A stretch of 52,197 nucleotides of DNA from a virus (taxonomy: Duplodnaviria; Caudoviricetes). The DNA is taken from the IMG/VR virus record IMGVR_UViG_3300028025_003950, positions 1-52,197 of that record. The stretch is one strand, 5' to 3'. The notes beneath the pieces were generated by a model. The model was not told the origin of the DNA, did no database searches, and saw nothing but the letters and a program-made list of their open reading frames with translations. Below, piece by piece: positions 9,280 through 18,694 of the stretch (its first letter is position 1; the number at the start of each line of letters is the position of its first letter). The translations under genes and the position numbers were made by a program.

Positions 9280-11280
9280 TTACTCGACTTCATAACTACC
9301 CGAGACAGCAATGTAGTCTCCTGTCAACATTGAGAATGGGTAAATGTTTGTAACTCCTTGAGAAGACGCCCCAGTTCCTGCGCTTATTGCTACAAACGCA
9401 AATTCTATTGTTGAACCAATATAAAGACCATTGGCAGTATATTCATACCAAGCATTGCCATTATCTAGACCAACTGCTGCAAACTGGTAATTAGCTGACT
9501 TGGCTGCTACAGGAAGACCCATTAGAATTGCACCACCGCCAATTGCAGTCGTTGAACCTACAACAAATTGTGCACGGAAAAAGCAGGTCTTGCCGATAAC
9601 TTTATAAGCAGCAGGGCGTGAACCATTACCTAAGGTTATTGTTCCAGACTCTGTTCTTAAAGTTGGAGTGTAGGAAGTCCATGCAGTTAAGTCTGATGCT
9701 CCTGCTCCTGTGGCCCCCGTCGGACCTGTTGGGCCTATAACTGTACTTGCAGCTCCTGTTGGACCAGTTGGACCTGTAGCTCCTGCGGGTCCAGTCGGTC
9801 CTGTAATACTTGCACCAGTTGGTCCTGTTGGTCCAGGGGCGTTAGAGAGTGGGCCTGTTGCGCCTGTAGCTCCCGTCGGTCCTGTAGAACCAGTCGGACC
9901 AGTACCACCTTGAACTCCAGTTGCTCCTGTTGCTCCAGTAGGACCAGTCACTGTAGAAGCAGCACCTGTTGCTCCTGTTGGACCAGTAGGTCCTCCGCTA
10001 GGACCAGTTGGGCCAGTTGGTCCTATTGGTCCTTGCACAAATGAATCTGCACCTTGTGCACCAGTTGGGCCCGCTGCGCCCGTTGCTCCAGTTGGTCCAG
10101 TAGCGCCTCTAGGTCCAGTTGGTCCTACTGCTCCGTCATAACCATTTTGACCATCATTACCAGGAAGACCTGCAGGGCCAGTAACACCCTGAATACCACG
10201 TTCTCCTTGTTCACCTTGCAAACCTTGTGGACCAGTTGGTCCTTGTGGTCCTGTGGGGCCAGTTCCACCATTTAAACCAGTCGAACCTGTAGGTCCAGTA
10301 TTTCCTCGAGGTCCTGTGGCTCCTGTTGGTCCAGTGCTTCCTTGCGGACCTGTAACAGTTGATGCTGCACCTTGTGGTCCTGTTGCTCCCGTTGGACCTG
10401 CTGGACCAATGTTGCTTGAAGCAGACTCAATCCAAAAATCGTCATAGTAAACATAGACAAGACCATTGGCAGAATTTAGCCATGCATCACCAACTGAAGG
10501 ATTAGATGGTGGAGTATCAGAAGTTGTTGCGAAGACGCCATCAGCACCCGTTGCACCTGTAGGTCCAGTATCACCTGTTAAACCTGTTGGTCCTGTTACA
10601 CCTTGCGAACCAGTTGGGCCTACTTCTCCTTGCGGTCCTGTGGCACCATCATTTCCATTAGCACCTGTGGCACCTTGCGGGCCAGTCGCTCCAGTAGCTC
10701 CAACATTTCCTGTATCTCCCTTTGCACCCGTTGGTCCTGTGATTGATAGACCTTGAAGACCTTGAGGGCCTGTAGGTCCTACTCCTCCAGTGGGTCCTGT
10801 TGCTCCAGTGCTTCCGCTAACTCCTTGAGGCCCAGTAGAGCCAACAGCCCCAGTAGGCCCAGTGCTGCCAACAGCACCAGTAGCACCTTGAATACCTTGT
10901 TCACCTTGGTCACCTTTCGCTCCTGTTGGTCCTGTTAATCCTTGTGGGCCAGTCGGACCACTAAGTCCAGTAGCTCCTGTAGCTCCAGTGGCTCCAGCAA
11001 CTCCTTGAGCTCCTGTGGGTCCTGTAGTGCCTGTAGCACCTGTTGCACCGATACTTCCTGTTGCACCTTGAGCTCCTGTCGGTCCCGTGTGACCATCAAC
11101 GCCATCTTTACCATCTTTGCCATCTTTGCCATCTGCACCTGCAAGACCACGGGGACCTGTTGGACCAGTAGCTCCTGGTAAACCTTGCTCACCTTGAGGA
11201 CCTGTGGGACCAGTTGCGGAAACGCCATTACCATCAACGATAACTACATCTTTGATGGGACGGAAATTTACTTTAGGCAT
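9280..11280 (-). CDS. Collagen-like fibre protein
   Basis: Long G-X-Y (GPT/GAT/GPQ) tracts, one internal non-collagen domain and a C-terminal globular domain (W.SYTP..G.YEVE). Confidence 0.9.
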   Translation of the reverse strand: MPKVNFRPIKDVVIVDGNGVSATGPTGPQGEQGLPGATGPTGPRGLAGADGKDGKDGKDGVDGHTGPTGAQGATGSIGATGATGTTGPTGAQGVAGATGATGATGLSGPTGPQGLTGPTGAKGDQGEQGIQGATGAVGSTGPTGAVGSTGPQGVSGSTGATGPTGGVGPTGPQGLQGLSITGPTGAKGDTGNVGATGATGPQGATGANGNDGATGPQGEVGPTGSQGVTGPTGLTGDTGPTGATGADGVFATTSDTPPSNPSVGDAWLNSANGLVYVYYDDFWIESASSNIGPAGPTGATGPQGAASTVTGPQGSTGPTGATGPRGNTGPTGSTGLNGGTGPTGPQGPTGPQGLQGEQGERGIQGVTGPAGLPGNDGQNGYDGAVGPTGPRGATGPTGATGAAGPTGAQGADSFVQGPIGPTGPTGPSGGPTGPTGATGAASTVTGPTGATGATGVQGGTGPTGSTGPTGATGATGPLSNAPGPTGPTGASITGPTGPAGATGPTGPTGAASTVIGPTGPTGATGAGASDLTAWTSYTPTLRTESGTITLGNGSRPAAYKVIGKTCFFRAQFVVGSTTAIGGGAILMGLPVAAKSANYQFAAVGLDNGNAWYEYTANGLYIGSTIEFAFVAISAGTGASSQGVTNIYPFSMLTGDYIAVSGSYEVE

Positions 11281-11291
11281 CTATACCGTCC

Positions 11292-12518
11292 TTATAGAAG
11301 GTCGAACCAGCCAAGAGATGATTTGGCTGAAGAGGTACCATTTAAAACTCTGATAGCTAAGACAATAATGTCACTTACTGGAGTGTTTGCATTTGTTCTA
11401 CCTAACTGAAAAGCAAAGTTTTTGCTATCAGTGATTGTTGCTGATGCGCTGTTTTGATTGGTAGAAGCAAAGTACCCCTGAGAAATAATAGTTCCACCGC
11501 TCATAGCTGTTGCAGATGTGTTGTACTCGACGTTGTATTTTGGAGCATGTGTAGCCCAAGTTCCCCCCGTAATAGAGTCAGGGTTTCTAATCAAAGCAAA
11601 CTCAAAGTCACCAGCACCGTTAGGAGAGATGTCAACTACATCTGGAATAACTACAGCATCAGTTCGCCCTGAAGCTAGGCGTAAAGCAATAAGCGGATAA
11701 TAAGACTGGCTAAAAGACGCACTTTGTCTAACGGCGGTCCAAATCTCGGTTGGTTTGAAGTAGCCACCATTTGAGATAACAGTGGTACAAATCTGCTTCA
11801 TGGTTGAAGAACCTGAAGTTGTTCCTGTGTTTGTGATTTCATAACGAACTGGCAAAGAAGCCGTAGTCATATATACAGAATCAATACGGTTAGCGTGATT
11901 GAACTGATGAGCAAGAATAAAATAACCATCAATAGCAAAGCCCATGCGAGCAGAGCCAACACCAAGCCACTCAATCTCGGTAAAAAGAATTTGAGCCTTG
12001 CTTAAGTCGAGAACCACATCAGACGGACCAGAGCCATCAAGCTTGTCCATATTCCATTCAGACTGTGGAACTCGAGTTTCTACTACCGAACCAGAGATAG
12101 AAGTACGCTTTACAAAATAAACATTAGTTCCGTCTTGCTCCAGATAGAAACCGTTTTGTCGGGTGAAATACCCTGCTCTTTGTCGGAGGTTTGTCTTTGC
12201 TGGAGCGAAGACGAAAGTTTGAAGGACCTGAAGAGATTTGCCTGGTTGGTATGGGAAAACTCGACGAGACTCACGAGTGGTCTCTGAACCAGAAGCATTT
12301 GTGACATTGAGAAGAGCAGAACTTTGATTGATGTCGTAAGTAGTGGTTCCGTTGGTAGCGTGGGTATCGCTGTAATCGCCACTGTCTTGGTATCTATGGG
12401 CTGAATCGAATAGAGTAAAAGGCTCAGAAATCTTGGTTCGTCCGAACATGTCTGTGCGAAACGCGTTGATTTGGTCACGCGATGGCTTCGAAACATTGTT
12501 TAATGGTGAGGACGACAT
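11292..12518 (-). CDS. Conserved phage beta-sandwich (lectin-like) virion protein
   Basis: DMFGR..SEPFTLFDS, YQPGKS, EWLGVG motifs typical of aquatic phage structural proteins. Confidence 0.6.
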   Translation of the reverse strand: MSSSPLNNVSKPSRDQINAFRTDMFGRTKISEPFTLFDSAHRYQDSGDYSDTHATNGTTTYDINQSSALLNVTNASGSETTRESRRVFPYQPGKSLQVLQTFVFAPAKTNLRQRAGYFTRQNGFYLEQDGTNVYFVKRTSISGSVVETRVPQSEWNMDKLDGSGPSDVVLDLSKAQILFTEIEWLGVGSARMGFAIDGYFILAHQFNHANRIDSVYMTTASLPVRYEITNTGTTSGSSTMKQICTTVISNGGYFKPTEIWTAVRQSASFSQSYYPLIALRLASGRTDAVVIPDVVDISPNGAGDFEFALIRNPDSITGGTWATHAPKYNVEYNTSATAMSGGTIISQGYFASTNQNSASATITDSKNFAFQLGRTNANTPVSDIIVLAIRVLNGTSSAKSSLGWFDLL

Positions 12519-12581
12519 AGTTACTATTGTAAGTTGTAATAGACACACTGACTTTTAATAAAGAAAGAAGCATCATAGAGT

Positions 12582-12878
12582 ATGGGACGCAAGAAGAAAC
12601 CTTCAGTAATCTCTACACGGAATGACCCGTCAGCACACTGGGTAATAAGCGAGGAATGGGCAGCAAATGGAAGAAACCTGGTTAAAGGCACCGAACTCTC
12701 TATACGAGACGAGAGAGGACGGTTTCAGTTTGTTAGGCATGTCTACAACCCAAGGCTCGATGTGGAGTGGATTGACGTTGTTGGGGGGCCGAATGGCTCA
12801 AAGCAATACAGGTCCTTTAACCCCCAAAGAATTAAAAGGGTCCACTGGAAGAACAAGATAAGACCTAAGAAGGTTTAG
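12582..12878 (+). CDS. Hypothetical actinophage protein (SH3-like)
   Basis: GTELSI..ERGRF.F..HV..EWIDV.GG motif. Confidence 0.6.
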   Translation: MGRKKKPSVISTRNDPSAHWVISEEWAANGRNLVKGTELSIRDERGRFQFVRHVYNPRLDVEWIDVVGGPNGSKQYRSFNPQRIKRVHWKNKIRPKKV

Positions 12879-12907
12879 TAGACTTTTACTGTAATTTAGG
12901 AGGCATA

Positions 12908-13180
12908 ATGAAATCTGACTTTTCTAACTGGAGCCATACTCCAGAAAACCCTATTATCTTAAAAGCCTACGCAGAGAGCGCTATTGTCGAAGGTCTAACT
13001 GGAGGACAAATTCCAAAGGTGGTTTGGAGAGATGGAGAAGCAACCCTAACTCTTGCTCCAAAAGATGGCGAGCAAACCTATAACTTTAATATTGAAAACC
13101 CTCTGTTGATTGCAGAGATGGCTAAGAAAGATTTTATAGTTGAGCCTTCTGTAGAAGAAGAGACTTCTGAAGAGGAGTAA
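12908..13180 (+). CDS. Hypothetical protein
   Basis: AGGAGG RBS, clean ORF. Confidence 0.55.
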   Translation: MKSDFSNWSHTPENPIILKAYAESAIVEGLTGGQIPKVVWRDGEATLTLAPKDGEQTYNFNIENPLLIAEMAKKDFIVEPSVEEETSEEE

Positions 13181-13662
13181 TCCATCATGTCCTCGGGGAT
13201 ATCTGAGGATGGAGACCACGCTTTAAACTGACGTAGGTGGGATTGGTATTGACCAGTCCCGCCTATTTTCACTTGTACGACTACTGGATGTTTAGTACTA
13301 ATAGACCAGCACATTGAGCCATGAAAAGTCTTAGGAGCGTTCTTACCTAAGACCCAGGTGTTTGTGGCGGTGGTGTCTCTAGTTCCATCAGGAAGTAGCC
13401 GAGCAAACCTTAACTTAACATACTTAGGCTTTTTCTTATATTTAAGACCTACTTGAGCACAATAAAGTGCTCGATTCCTATCAAGTTTGGTGATGGCTTT
13501 CTTGTTATCAAAATCTAAAGTTGTCCACTTGTTTGCTTGAATCCATTGGGGATTGGTGGATTTCCATTGAACTTTCTCTTTAGAAGATGCAGAAAGTGGA
13601 AAAGTTGTTTGAAAGATGAAAAAGGCTGCAGCTACGGGGATTACTAAAAACTTCTTAGTCAT
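13078..13662 (-). CDS. Secreted basic hypothetical protein
   Basis: Signal peptide; C-terminus overlaps the convergent gene. Confidence 0.55.
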   Translation of the reverse strand: MTKKFLVIPVAAAFFIFQTTFPLSASSKEKVQWKSTNPQWIQANKWTTLDFDNKKAITKLDRNRALYCAQVGLKYKKKPKYVKLRFARLLPDGTRDTTATNTWVLGKNAPKTFHGSMCWSISTKHPVVVQVKIGGTGQYQSHLRQFKAWSPSSDIPEDMMDYSSSEVSSSTEGSTIKSFLAISAINRGFSILKL

Positions 13663-13671
13663 CCTTCCATT

Positions 13672-13905
13672 CTAAAGAAGGTCGGACTCGTCTACTACAT
13701 CTAAAGCAAGCTCAAAAATCTTTGCTTCATGCTTCATGTAATGATGACGGCACAAAAATAGGTAGCCTGATTCAAACTCAACTCGATAGAAAGATTGAGC
13801 CACTCCACATTGGTCGCAGAGTTCTAGGCGGGTAAAAGACTCTATTTCTACTTTTTGTTCCTCAGGGTTTGTTGGTTCAACCTCTACCACGGAAACTTCA
13901 CTCAC
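13672..13905 (-). CDS. Small actinobacterial-type Zn-binding protein (CxxC...CxHH)
   Basis: LELCDQCG..LFLCRHH..HE motif; GTG start overlaps the upstream stop. Confidence 0.65.
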   Translation of the reverse strand: MSEVSVVEVEPTNPEEQKVEIESFTRLELCDQCGVAQSFYRVEFESGYLFLCRHHYMKHEAKIFELALDVVDESDLL

Positions 13906-14134
13906 TCTGCATTTCCTCGTAAATCTCTTTACAAGTTGGGCAGATAGGGAACTTCTTTGGGTCGCGGTTAGGAATCCAGACCTTTCCACAAAGAGCCATA
14001 ATGGGGACGCCTTCAACGAGCGAATACATAACCTCGTCTTTAGGAGCATAGTGAGCGTGACGTTCGTGGTCACCGTCTTCGGTGTATGTTCGAGTGTCCT
14101 CTTGGTAAGAGGCTCCTGAGCCTAGAAGTGCCAT
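13898..14134 (-). CDS. DUF3039 family protein
   Basis: HY..K..S.V.G.P..ALCGKVW.P.RDP.KFP.CP.CKEIYE matches actinobacterial DUF3039. Confidence 0.85.
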   Translation of the reverse strand: MALLGSGASYQEDTRTYTEDGDHERHAHYAPKDEVMYSLVEGVPIMALCGKVWIPNRDPKKFPICPTCKEIYEEMQSE

Positions 14135-14143
14135 GCAGCCAGT

Positions 14144-15097
14144 TTAGTACTTGACTGGGAGTAGTGATTGGAGGATTGTCTCCATTGGCATGGTGGCAAT
14201 GTGACTAGAGATGTCTTCCCTACCAAAAGAGATAAGAGCATTCTTTCCCTTAACCACTAAACCAGCAGCAAATTCAACTCCTGGTTTATGGAAGTTAAAT
14301 CCTCGGGAGAGGGCAATAATCTTTCCCTTATTATCAAACTGTACGAAATAGTGGACATAGCTACGCAAATGTATTGAAGTTGTCCCAAAAGTGGTTGGTA
14401 CCCAGTTAGTTTGGAATTTAACAAAAGTACGATGCATAACCCCTAGATAAGTTCCATCTTCCATCAAGTGGAGGTTTGTATTGCCACGAAGCATAGAAAC
14501 AGCGGGATGGTCAGTCATAAGAGTTGTTAGTACGCCATCTTTAATGGTTGCGTTAGGTCCATAGATAAAGTCAAAGTTTCCGTTAGGTTCATAAGGAACC
14601 ATCCAGTTCTTTTCTGGACGTTCAGCATCAATGCCGTTAAACTTTTGAAATTCAGTAACTTTTGTACATTTAGCATCCAGTTTTGCTACAGCCATGCGAG
14701 CAACAGGAGTATGACCTTGCTCCATTGTCACACAAGTAAAGTGCCAAGCACCGTCACGCCAAAAAAGCTTTGGGTCTTCAAGACCTCTGTTTATATCAAT
14801 ACCAAGACCAGAAACATCAATCTTACGAAGGTTCTTACACTTAAGTTCTTGGTCTAACTCTGCAAACCAAACATGGGATTTGATAGTTGAACCTTCGGTA
14901 ACAGTGTAAGCACCATTTCCCATGATGACGTAGTTACTAGAACGGATTGCTAAAACGAACCCTTTCTTAGCATGGTAGCCAATTGAAGGGTTCGTTGCAC
15001 CCCAATTCTTGTTTGTAGGGTCTACAAGACGACGGACATCGGTAATAACTCCACCAAGTTGATGGATTGTTGGGTACTTTTCATCTTGTTTTGGCAT
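14144..15097 (-). CDS. Beta-propeller glycoside hydrolase/phosphorylase-like protein (GH130-like)
   Basis: NPSI, GLEDPKLF, EKNWM, VEFAAGL, SFG.ED motifs. Confidence 0.65.
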   Translation of the reverse strand: MPKQDEKYPTIHQLGGVITDVRRLVDPTNKNWGATNPSIGYHAKKGFVLAIRSSNYVIMGNGAYTVTEGSTIKSHVWFAELDQELKCKNLRKIDVSGLGIDINRGLEDPKLFWRDGAWHFTCVTMEQGHTPVARMAVAKLDAKCTKVTEFQKFNGIDAERPEKNWMVPYEPNGNFDFIYGPNATIKDGVLTTLMTDHPAVSMLRGNTNLHLMEDGTYLGVMHRTFVKFQTNWVPTTFGTTSIHLRSYVHYFVQFDNKGKIIALSRGFNFHKPGVEFAAGLVVKGKNALISFGREDISSHIATMPMETILQSLLPVKY

Positions 15098-15106
15098 TAT
15101 GCGTCC

Positions 15107-15895
15107 CTAGTCTGCGTAGATAACTGCTGGATGGCGGTTGATTACTTTGTTTACTTTCTTTGCTACTACAAAAATATTATCTCCCCTGTTAGACATAGGA
15201 TAGCCGATAGCTTTTAATCTCTCTATATCTTCTGTTAAACCGTCTTCAAAAGAGTCTTCAGTCCACACAGAACCATCAAAACCACCAGCTTTTAGAATCT
15301 GTGTAATAGCAATAGGGCTGTACTCATAGTTGTGGCGGTAGAGAGCTGGCTTATGGCGATACTGCATATAAAAATAAGGTTCGAACCCACGAAGTATCTT
15401 CCAAAGAGCCCGACTGCTTGTGATGTTGGGGGTAGTAAGAATCAAAATACCCTGAGGCTTTAGGACTCGATTAATCTCAGAAATCATAAACATAGGGTCT
15501 AGTTCCATATGTTCGATGACCTCGGCACATATAACCATGTCAAAAGTGTTGTCCTCTATTGGAAGCTTTTGAGTCTCGAGGTCTACTCGGTAGACAGGAA
15601 CCTCTCTCCTGTGCTGTCCTATTACTAAAGACATCTGCTCAGTTTGAGGTAGGTCTAAGTCAAAATCTGTAACGTGAACTTCAAGTTCAGGGACCAGCAG
15701 GTCTAGCGACAACGGAATAACTTTTGAAGTTCCAAGCTCCAGGAGCTTGCCTTTTGGCTTTTGGTCAATAATAGTTTTTATGGTTCTTGCCATACGACGC
15801 TTATGTACCTGATGATAAGAATCGTCAGGAAGAATGACTGCCTCTAGGGCATTAATGATGCTCTTAGGAATGTCCTTGTATGGCTCGCTTATCAT
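15107..15895 (-). CDS. Class I SAM-dependent methyltransferase
   Basis: LLELG, FD.V...EVIEH, RVLKP.G.L.LTTPN motifs. Confidence 0.85.
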   Translation of the reverse strand: MISEPYKDIPKSIINALEAVILPDDSYHQVHKRRMARTIKTIIDQKPKGKLLELGTSKVIPLSLDLLVPELEVHVTDFDLDLPQTEQMSLVIGQHRREVPVYRVDLETQKLPIEDNTFDMVICAEVIEHMELDPMFMISEINRVLKPQGILILTTPNITSSRALWKILRGFEPYFYMQYRHKPALYRHNYEYSPIAITQILKAGGFDGSVWTEDSFEDGLTEDIERLKAIGYPMSNRGDNIFVVAKKVNKVINRHPAVIYAD

Positions 15896-15917
15896 GTAAC
15901 GAGTCTAGTCTATTTAG

Positions 15918-15991
15918 AGCCCCGAATCGGATTCGAACCGATGACCCTCCGCTTACAAGGCGGATGCTCTGGCCAACTGAGCTATCAGGGC
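15918..15991 (-). tRNA. tRNA-Thr(UGU)
   Basis: Cloverleaf; anticodon arm TCCGC-CTTGTAA-GCGGA; GTTCGAAT T-loop. Confidence 0.92.
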
Positions 15992-16001
15992 GATGTTTTG
16001 A

Positions 16002-16568
16002 TTATAGACCACCTGGAACCCAGAGGTCGTCTCCATTCTCACGATTTTCATATCTAGCCAAAACAAATAGCAAATCACTAAGACGGTTCAGATACTTGGC
16101 AGTCAATGTATTGACACCTTCTCCAAACTGGTGAATTGCATGCCAAGTTGCTCTCTCTGCACGACGAACTATTGTTCTAGCCACATGGAGATGAGAAGAA
16201 GCTGGAGTCCCGCTAGGGAGAACAAAAGAACGTAAAGATTCAAGTCCAGAGTTGTAACTGTCTATTTCACTCTCAAGATAGTCAATCTGCTCTTGAGTTA
16301 CACGAAGTGGCTTTACTTTTGGTGACTCTACTACTGGAGTACATAAATCAGCTCCAACGTCAAACATATCGTTTTGAATCTTTACTAGCAAAGTCCTAAT
16401 GTTGTAGTTCTGCACATGCAACAGAGCAACACCAATGTATGAGTTAGCTTCATCAACAGTAGCGAACGCTTCAAGTCTTGGGTCATTCTTAGATGTGCGA
16501 GACATGTCACCAAGTGAAGTTGTTCCATCGTCACCAGTCTTGGTGTAAATGCGAGTTAAATTAACCAT
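16002..16568 (-). CDS. pduO: PduO-type ATP:cob(I)alamin adenosyltransferase
   Basis: RIYTKTGD.G.T, VDEANS, FVLP.G, H.ARTI.RRAER, YLNRLSD.LF..AR signatures; AAGGAG RBS. Confidence 0.93.
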   Translation of the reverse strand: MVNLTRIYTKTGDDGTTSLGDMSRTSKNDPRLEAFATVDEANSYIGVALLHVQNYNIRTLLVKIQNDMFDVGADLCTPVVESPKVKPLRVTQEQIDYLESEIDSYNSGLESLRSFVLPSGTPASSHLHVARTIVRRAERATWHAIHQFGEGVNTLTAKYLNRLSDLLFVLARYENRENGDDLWVPGGL

Positions 16569-16584
16569 TGTTCTCCTTAATGTG

Positions 16585-16655
16585 CTCCCTGCCAAGGACT
16601 CGAACCTCAATTGCTGGTGCCAGAAACCAGAGTCTTGCCATTAGACGAACAGGGA
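16585..16655 (-). tRNA. tRNA-Gln(CUG)
   Basis: Cloverleaf; CTGGT-TTCTGGC-ACCAG anticodon arm. Confidence 0.9.
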
Positions 16656-16664
16656 TAGTTTCCG

Positions 16665-16737
16665 TACCTCGGATGGGATTCGAACCCACGACCTTCTCCG
16701 TGAGAGGGAGATGTCCTAACCGCTAGACGACCGAGGC
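16665..16737 (-). tRNA. tRNA-Glu(CUC)
   Basis: Cloverleaf; TCTCC-CTCTCAC-GGAGA anticodon arm. Confidence 0.92.
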
Positions 16738-16902
16738 TTAGTGTCCTGTCATCATACGCCATACATGGATGTATAGCGAGTGAGCAGCGTAGAGAGCAGA
16801 GATAGTAAAGATTGTCTGAACAACTATTTGATGAACGCTAACCTTTTTAAAACCACGCTCTTCTTTTACTTTTACCTCTGAAGGGCGGGTTTTAGTAATC
16901 AT
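16738..16902 (-). CDS. 54-aa single-TM microprotein (below ORF-track cutoff)
   Basis: ATGA overlap with the upstream gene; MITKTRPSEVKVKEERGFKKVSVHQIVVQTIFTISALYAAHSLYIHVWRMMTGH. Confidence 0.6.
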   Translation of the reverse strand: MITKTRPSEVKVKEERGFKKVSVHQIVVQTIFTISALYAAHSLYIHVWRMMTGH

Positions 16903-17366
16903 GGGTAGCGGACCTTTCCATTTTCTATAAACACTAAGCCAAGTGAATCACCATTGTCGAGGTGCACTTCGTTAATGCCAGTCTGTGCCCATCCCCATTC
17001 TCCTGCAGTATTGAAAGGAATCGGGAAAGACTCATACTCTTTTACATAAACTGCCCAGTAGGCTTCTGCGGGTGGCATTTCTTCACAGCTTTCTACCGTG
17101 GCATCAGGCAATCCATTTACACGACAAACAACAGCGTTTCCGTATTTCAGGGTTCCCTCTATGTTAATTATAGCAATATCTAAAAGAGCAAGAGCATTGC
17201 CTCCATCAGAGGTAATGACGCATTTCTCGATAGGGGGGCTTGAATCAAGGGAGCCATAGTCAACATAAATGCTTACGCAATTAGTGGGATTTGCTGGAAA
17301 AGCGTAGGTAAGACCTAAAGCTAAAAAGCAAGCACAAACGATACCTATTATTGTTTTCTTAAACAT
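16899..17366 (-). CDS. Exported DUF4430/SCO2322-like (transcobalamin C-terminal-like) putative cobalamin-binding protein
   Basis: Signal/anchor helix; V.VDYG, .VCRVNGLP, YWA.Y, W.WA..G....L..GD.LG..F pattern; own leaderless -10 (TAGGCT-7nt-ATG). Confidence 0.6.
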   Translation of the reverse strand: MFKKTIIGIVCACFLALGLTYAFPANPTNCVSIYVDYGSLDSSPPIEKCVITSDGGNALALLDIAIINIEGTLKYGNAVVCRVNGLPDATVESCEEMPPAEAYWAVYVKEYESFPIPFNTAGEWGWAQTGINEVHLDNGDSLGLVFIENGKVRYP

Positions 17367-17384
17367 ATTTAAAAGCCTAATGCA

Positions 17385-17417
17385 AAACGGGACAGGTTTC
17401 AACAACCTATCCCGTTT
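17385..17417 (-). terminator. Intrinsic terminator after M23 gene
   Basis: AAACGGGACAGGTT/AACCTATCCCGTTT inverted repeat. Confidence 0.7.
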
Positions 17418-17428
17418 GCTTTGTGTAA

Positions 17429-17836
17429 CTACACAGCCAATAGACCTGCTGGGTCGATTCCTCCGCCCCTAGTCCATGTTGGCTTTGCTTGACACTCTAG
17501 GTGGAGATGAGGACCAGTTACGTTTCCCTCTGCTCCTGAGTCAAGAACATGCTGTCCTTTGACTACCTTGTCACCTTTTTTAACATGAAGCTTTTGTCCA
17601 TGTGCATACATTGTGAAGAGAGTTTGCTCTCCAACTTTATGCCTGATGACTAACGAGTGCTTTCCGTAAGCACCACCCCAGATACCTGTACCAACGACAG
17701 TGCCGTCTGCACAAGCAAGGACTGGTGTTCCTTTGGGGCAAGCGAAATCCACGCCTTCGTGTCTTCCTGTTGACCACATCTTTCCTGGCTTAGCGAAGGG
17801 TGTAGTTATCTTGCCACCAGCAATTGGAAGTGCCAT
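17429..17836 (-). CDS. M23 family metallopeptidase (stand-alone)
   Basis: HEGVD (HxxxD), YAH, GPHLHLE (HxH). Confidence 0.9.
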   Translation of the reverse strand: MALPIAGGKITTPFAKPGKMWSTGRHEGVDFACPKGTPVLACADGTVVGTGIWGGAYGKHSLVIRHKVGEQTLFTMYAHGQKLHVKKGDKVVKGQHVLDSGAEGNVTGPHLHLECQAKPTWTRGGGIDPAGLLAV

Positions 17837-17927
17837 ATGCTCACTCACAATTTCTGTGCTTGTCTTACTAGAGTGCTTTACTCTATATAAAGATTTTAAC
17901 CTCTGCGTTAGTGTGTGAGATTGAAAG

Positions 17928-18007
17928 TGCGGGTGGTTGGAATCGAACCAACATCCTCCCAGCCCATCCTATAAAGCTAGGTACACCTCCGAATGTGCGA
18001 CACCCGC
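17928..18007 (-). ncRNA. tRNA-like RNA with a 24-nt anticodon arm (no assignable anticodon)
   Basis: Perfect acceptor stem GCGGGTG/CACCCGC, D arm, T arm GTTGG-TTCGATT-CCAAC; anticodon loop 14 nt. Confidence 0.75.
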
Positions 18008-18008
18008 T

Positions 18009-18084
18009 TGGCTGGGATGGCAGGGCTCGAACCTGCGACCTAGGAGTTAACAGCTCCCCGCTCTGCCAGCTGAGCTACATCCCA
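18009..18084 (-). tRNA. tRNA-Asn(GUU), CCA encoded
   Basis: Cloverleaf; GGGAG-CTGTTAA-CTCCT anticodon arm. Confidence 0.93.
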
Positions 18085-18092
18085 ATGGCTAT

Positions 18093-18317
18093 TTATTTTT
18101 CTATTGCGTCAATCTCTGCAGGACGATAGCCACTCCAAATTGCATTATCAGTTACAACAATTGGAGCTGTCTTCAAACCTTGAGAAAGAAACATCTCAAG
18201 CTTGTCTGGATTTTCTGTCAAGTCAACAACACTATATTCAATCTCTCTGCGGTCTAGATGCTTCTTAGTTGCGTTGCACTGAACACAGTTTGGTGTGGTG
18301 TAAACGGTTACGCTCAT
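18093..18317 (-). CDS. nrdH: NrdH-like glutaredoxin
   Basis: VTVYT.P.CVQC.AT, AP.V, WSG.RP motifs. Confidence 0.9.
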   Translation of the reverse strand: MSVTVYTTPNCVQCNATKKHLDRREIEYSVVDLTENPDKLEMFLSQGLKTAPIVVTDNAIWSGYRPAEIDAIEK

Positions 18318-18694
18318 GCGTGGACAATCCTTTCAATTCCTGCCGAGTTAATTAGTTTAGAACATCCAGGACAAGGCTTACCTGTAATGTAAATAGTAGA
18401 GCCTGATAAGTCATTCCAGCTTGCTCTTAGAAGTGCGTTTGATTCTGCATGAGTTGCCCAGCAAAGGTCGTAATTTCCTTCTGCATGTTTAGCAGTTGAG
18501 TCAAGTGCACGAGGACATTGCCCTGTTGCGCCACAAGAACGGTCATCGCCTGACGGTGTTCCGTTATATCCAGTAGAAACAATCTTGTGGTCTTTAACAA
18601 TAATTGCTCCGTGTTGTGCACGAACACAATCTCCACGAGCAGACACTGCTTTAGCGATTGCTAGGTAGTAGTCGTCCCAACTAGGTCTAAGCAC
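18314..18694 (-). CDS. dCMP deaminase
   Basis: RPSWD.Y, TGYNG, HAE.NA, PC..C Zn motifs. Confidence 0.9.
   Translation of the reverse strand: MLRPSWDDYYLAIAKAVSARGDCVRAQHGAIIVKDHKIVSTGYNGTPSGDDRSCGATGQCPRALDSTAKHAEGNYDLCWATHAESNALLRASWNDLSGSTIYITGKPCPGCSKLINSAGIERIVHA

Noticed and set aside
9700-11220. Tandem repeat array and many antisense ORFs
   Set aside because: Explained by Gly-X-Y collagen codons; the antisense ORFs are shadows
15880-16134. Plus-strand ORFs across the tRNA cluster (also 17911-18129) and the long N-terminal extension of PduO
   Set aside because: They overlap tRNA genes; PduO starts at 16568 behind an AAGGAG RBS
17367-17430. Cobalamin riboswitch upstream of the B12-related genes (also checked upstream of nrdJ, 24956-25034)
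   Set aside because: The intergenic spaces are too short and lack the B12 box; a terminator and leaderless promoter occupy the first one
17928-18007. Stop-codon reassignment via a UUA suppressor tRNA
   Set aside because: Genes end normally at TAA, TAG and TGA with intact domains under the standard code; the RNA cannot decode as written
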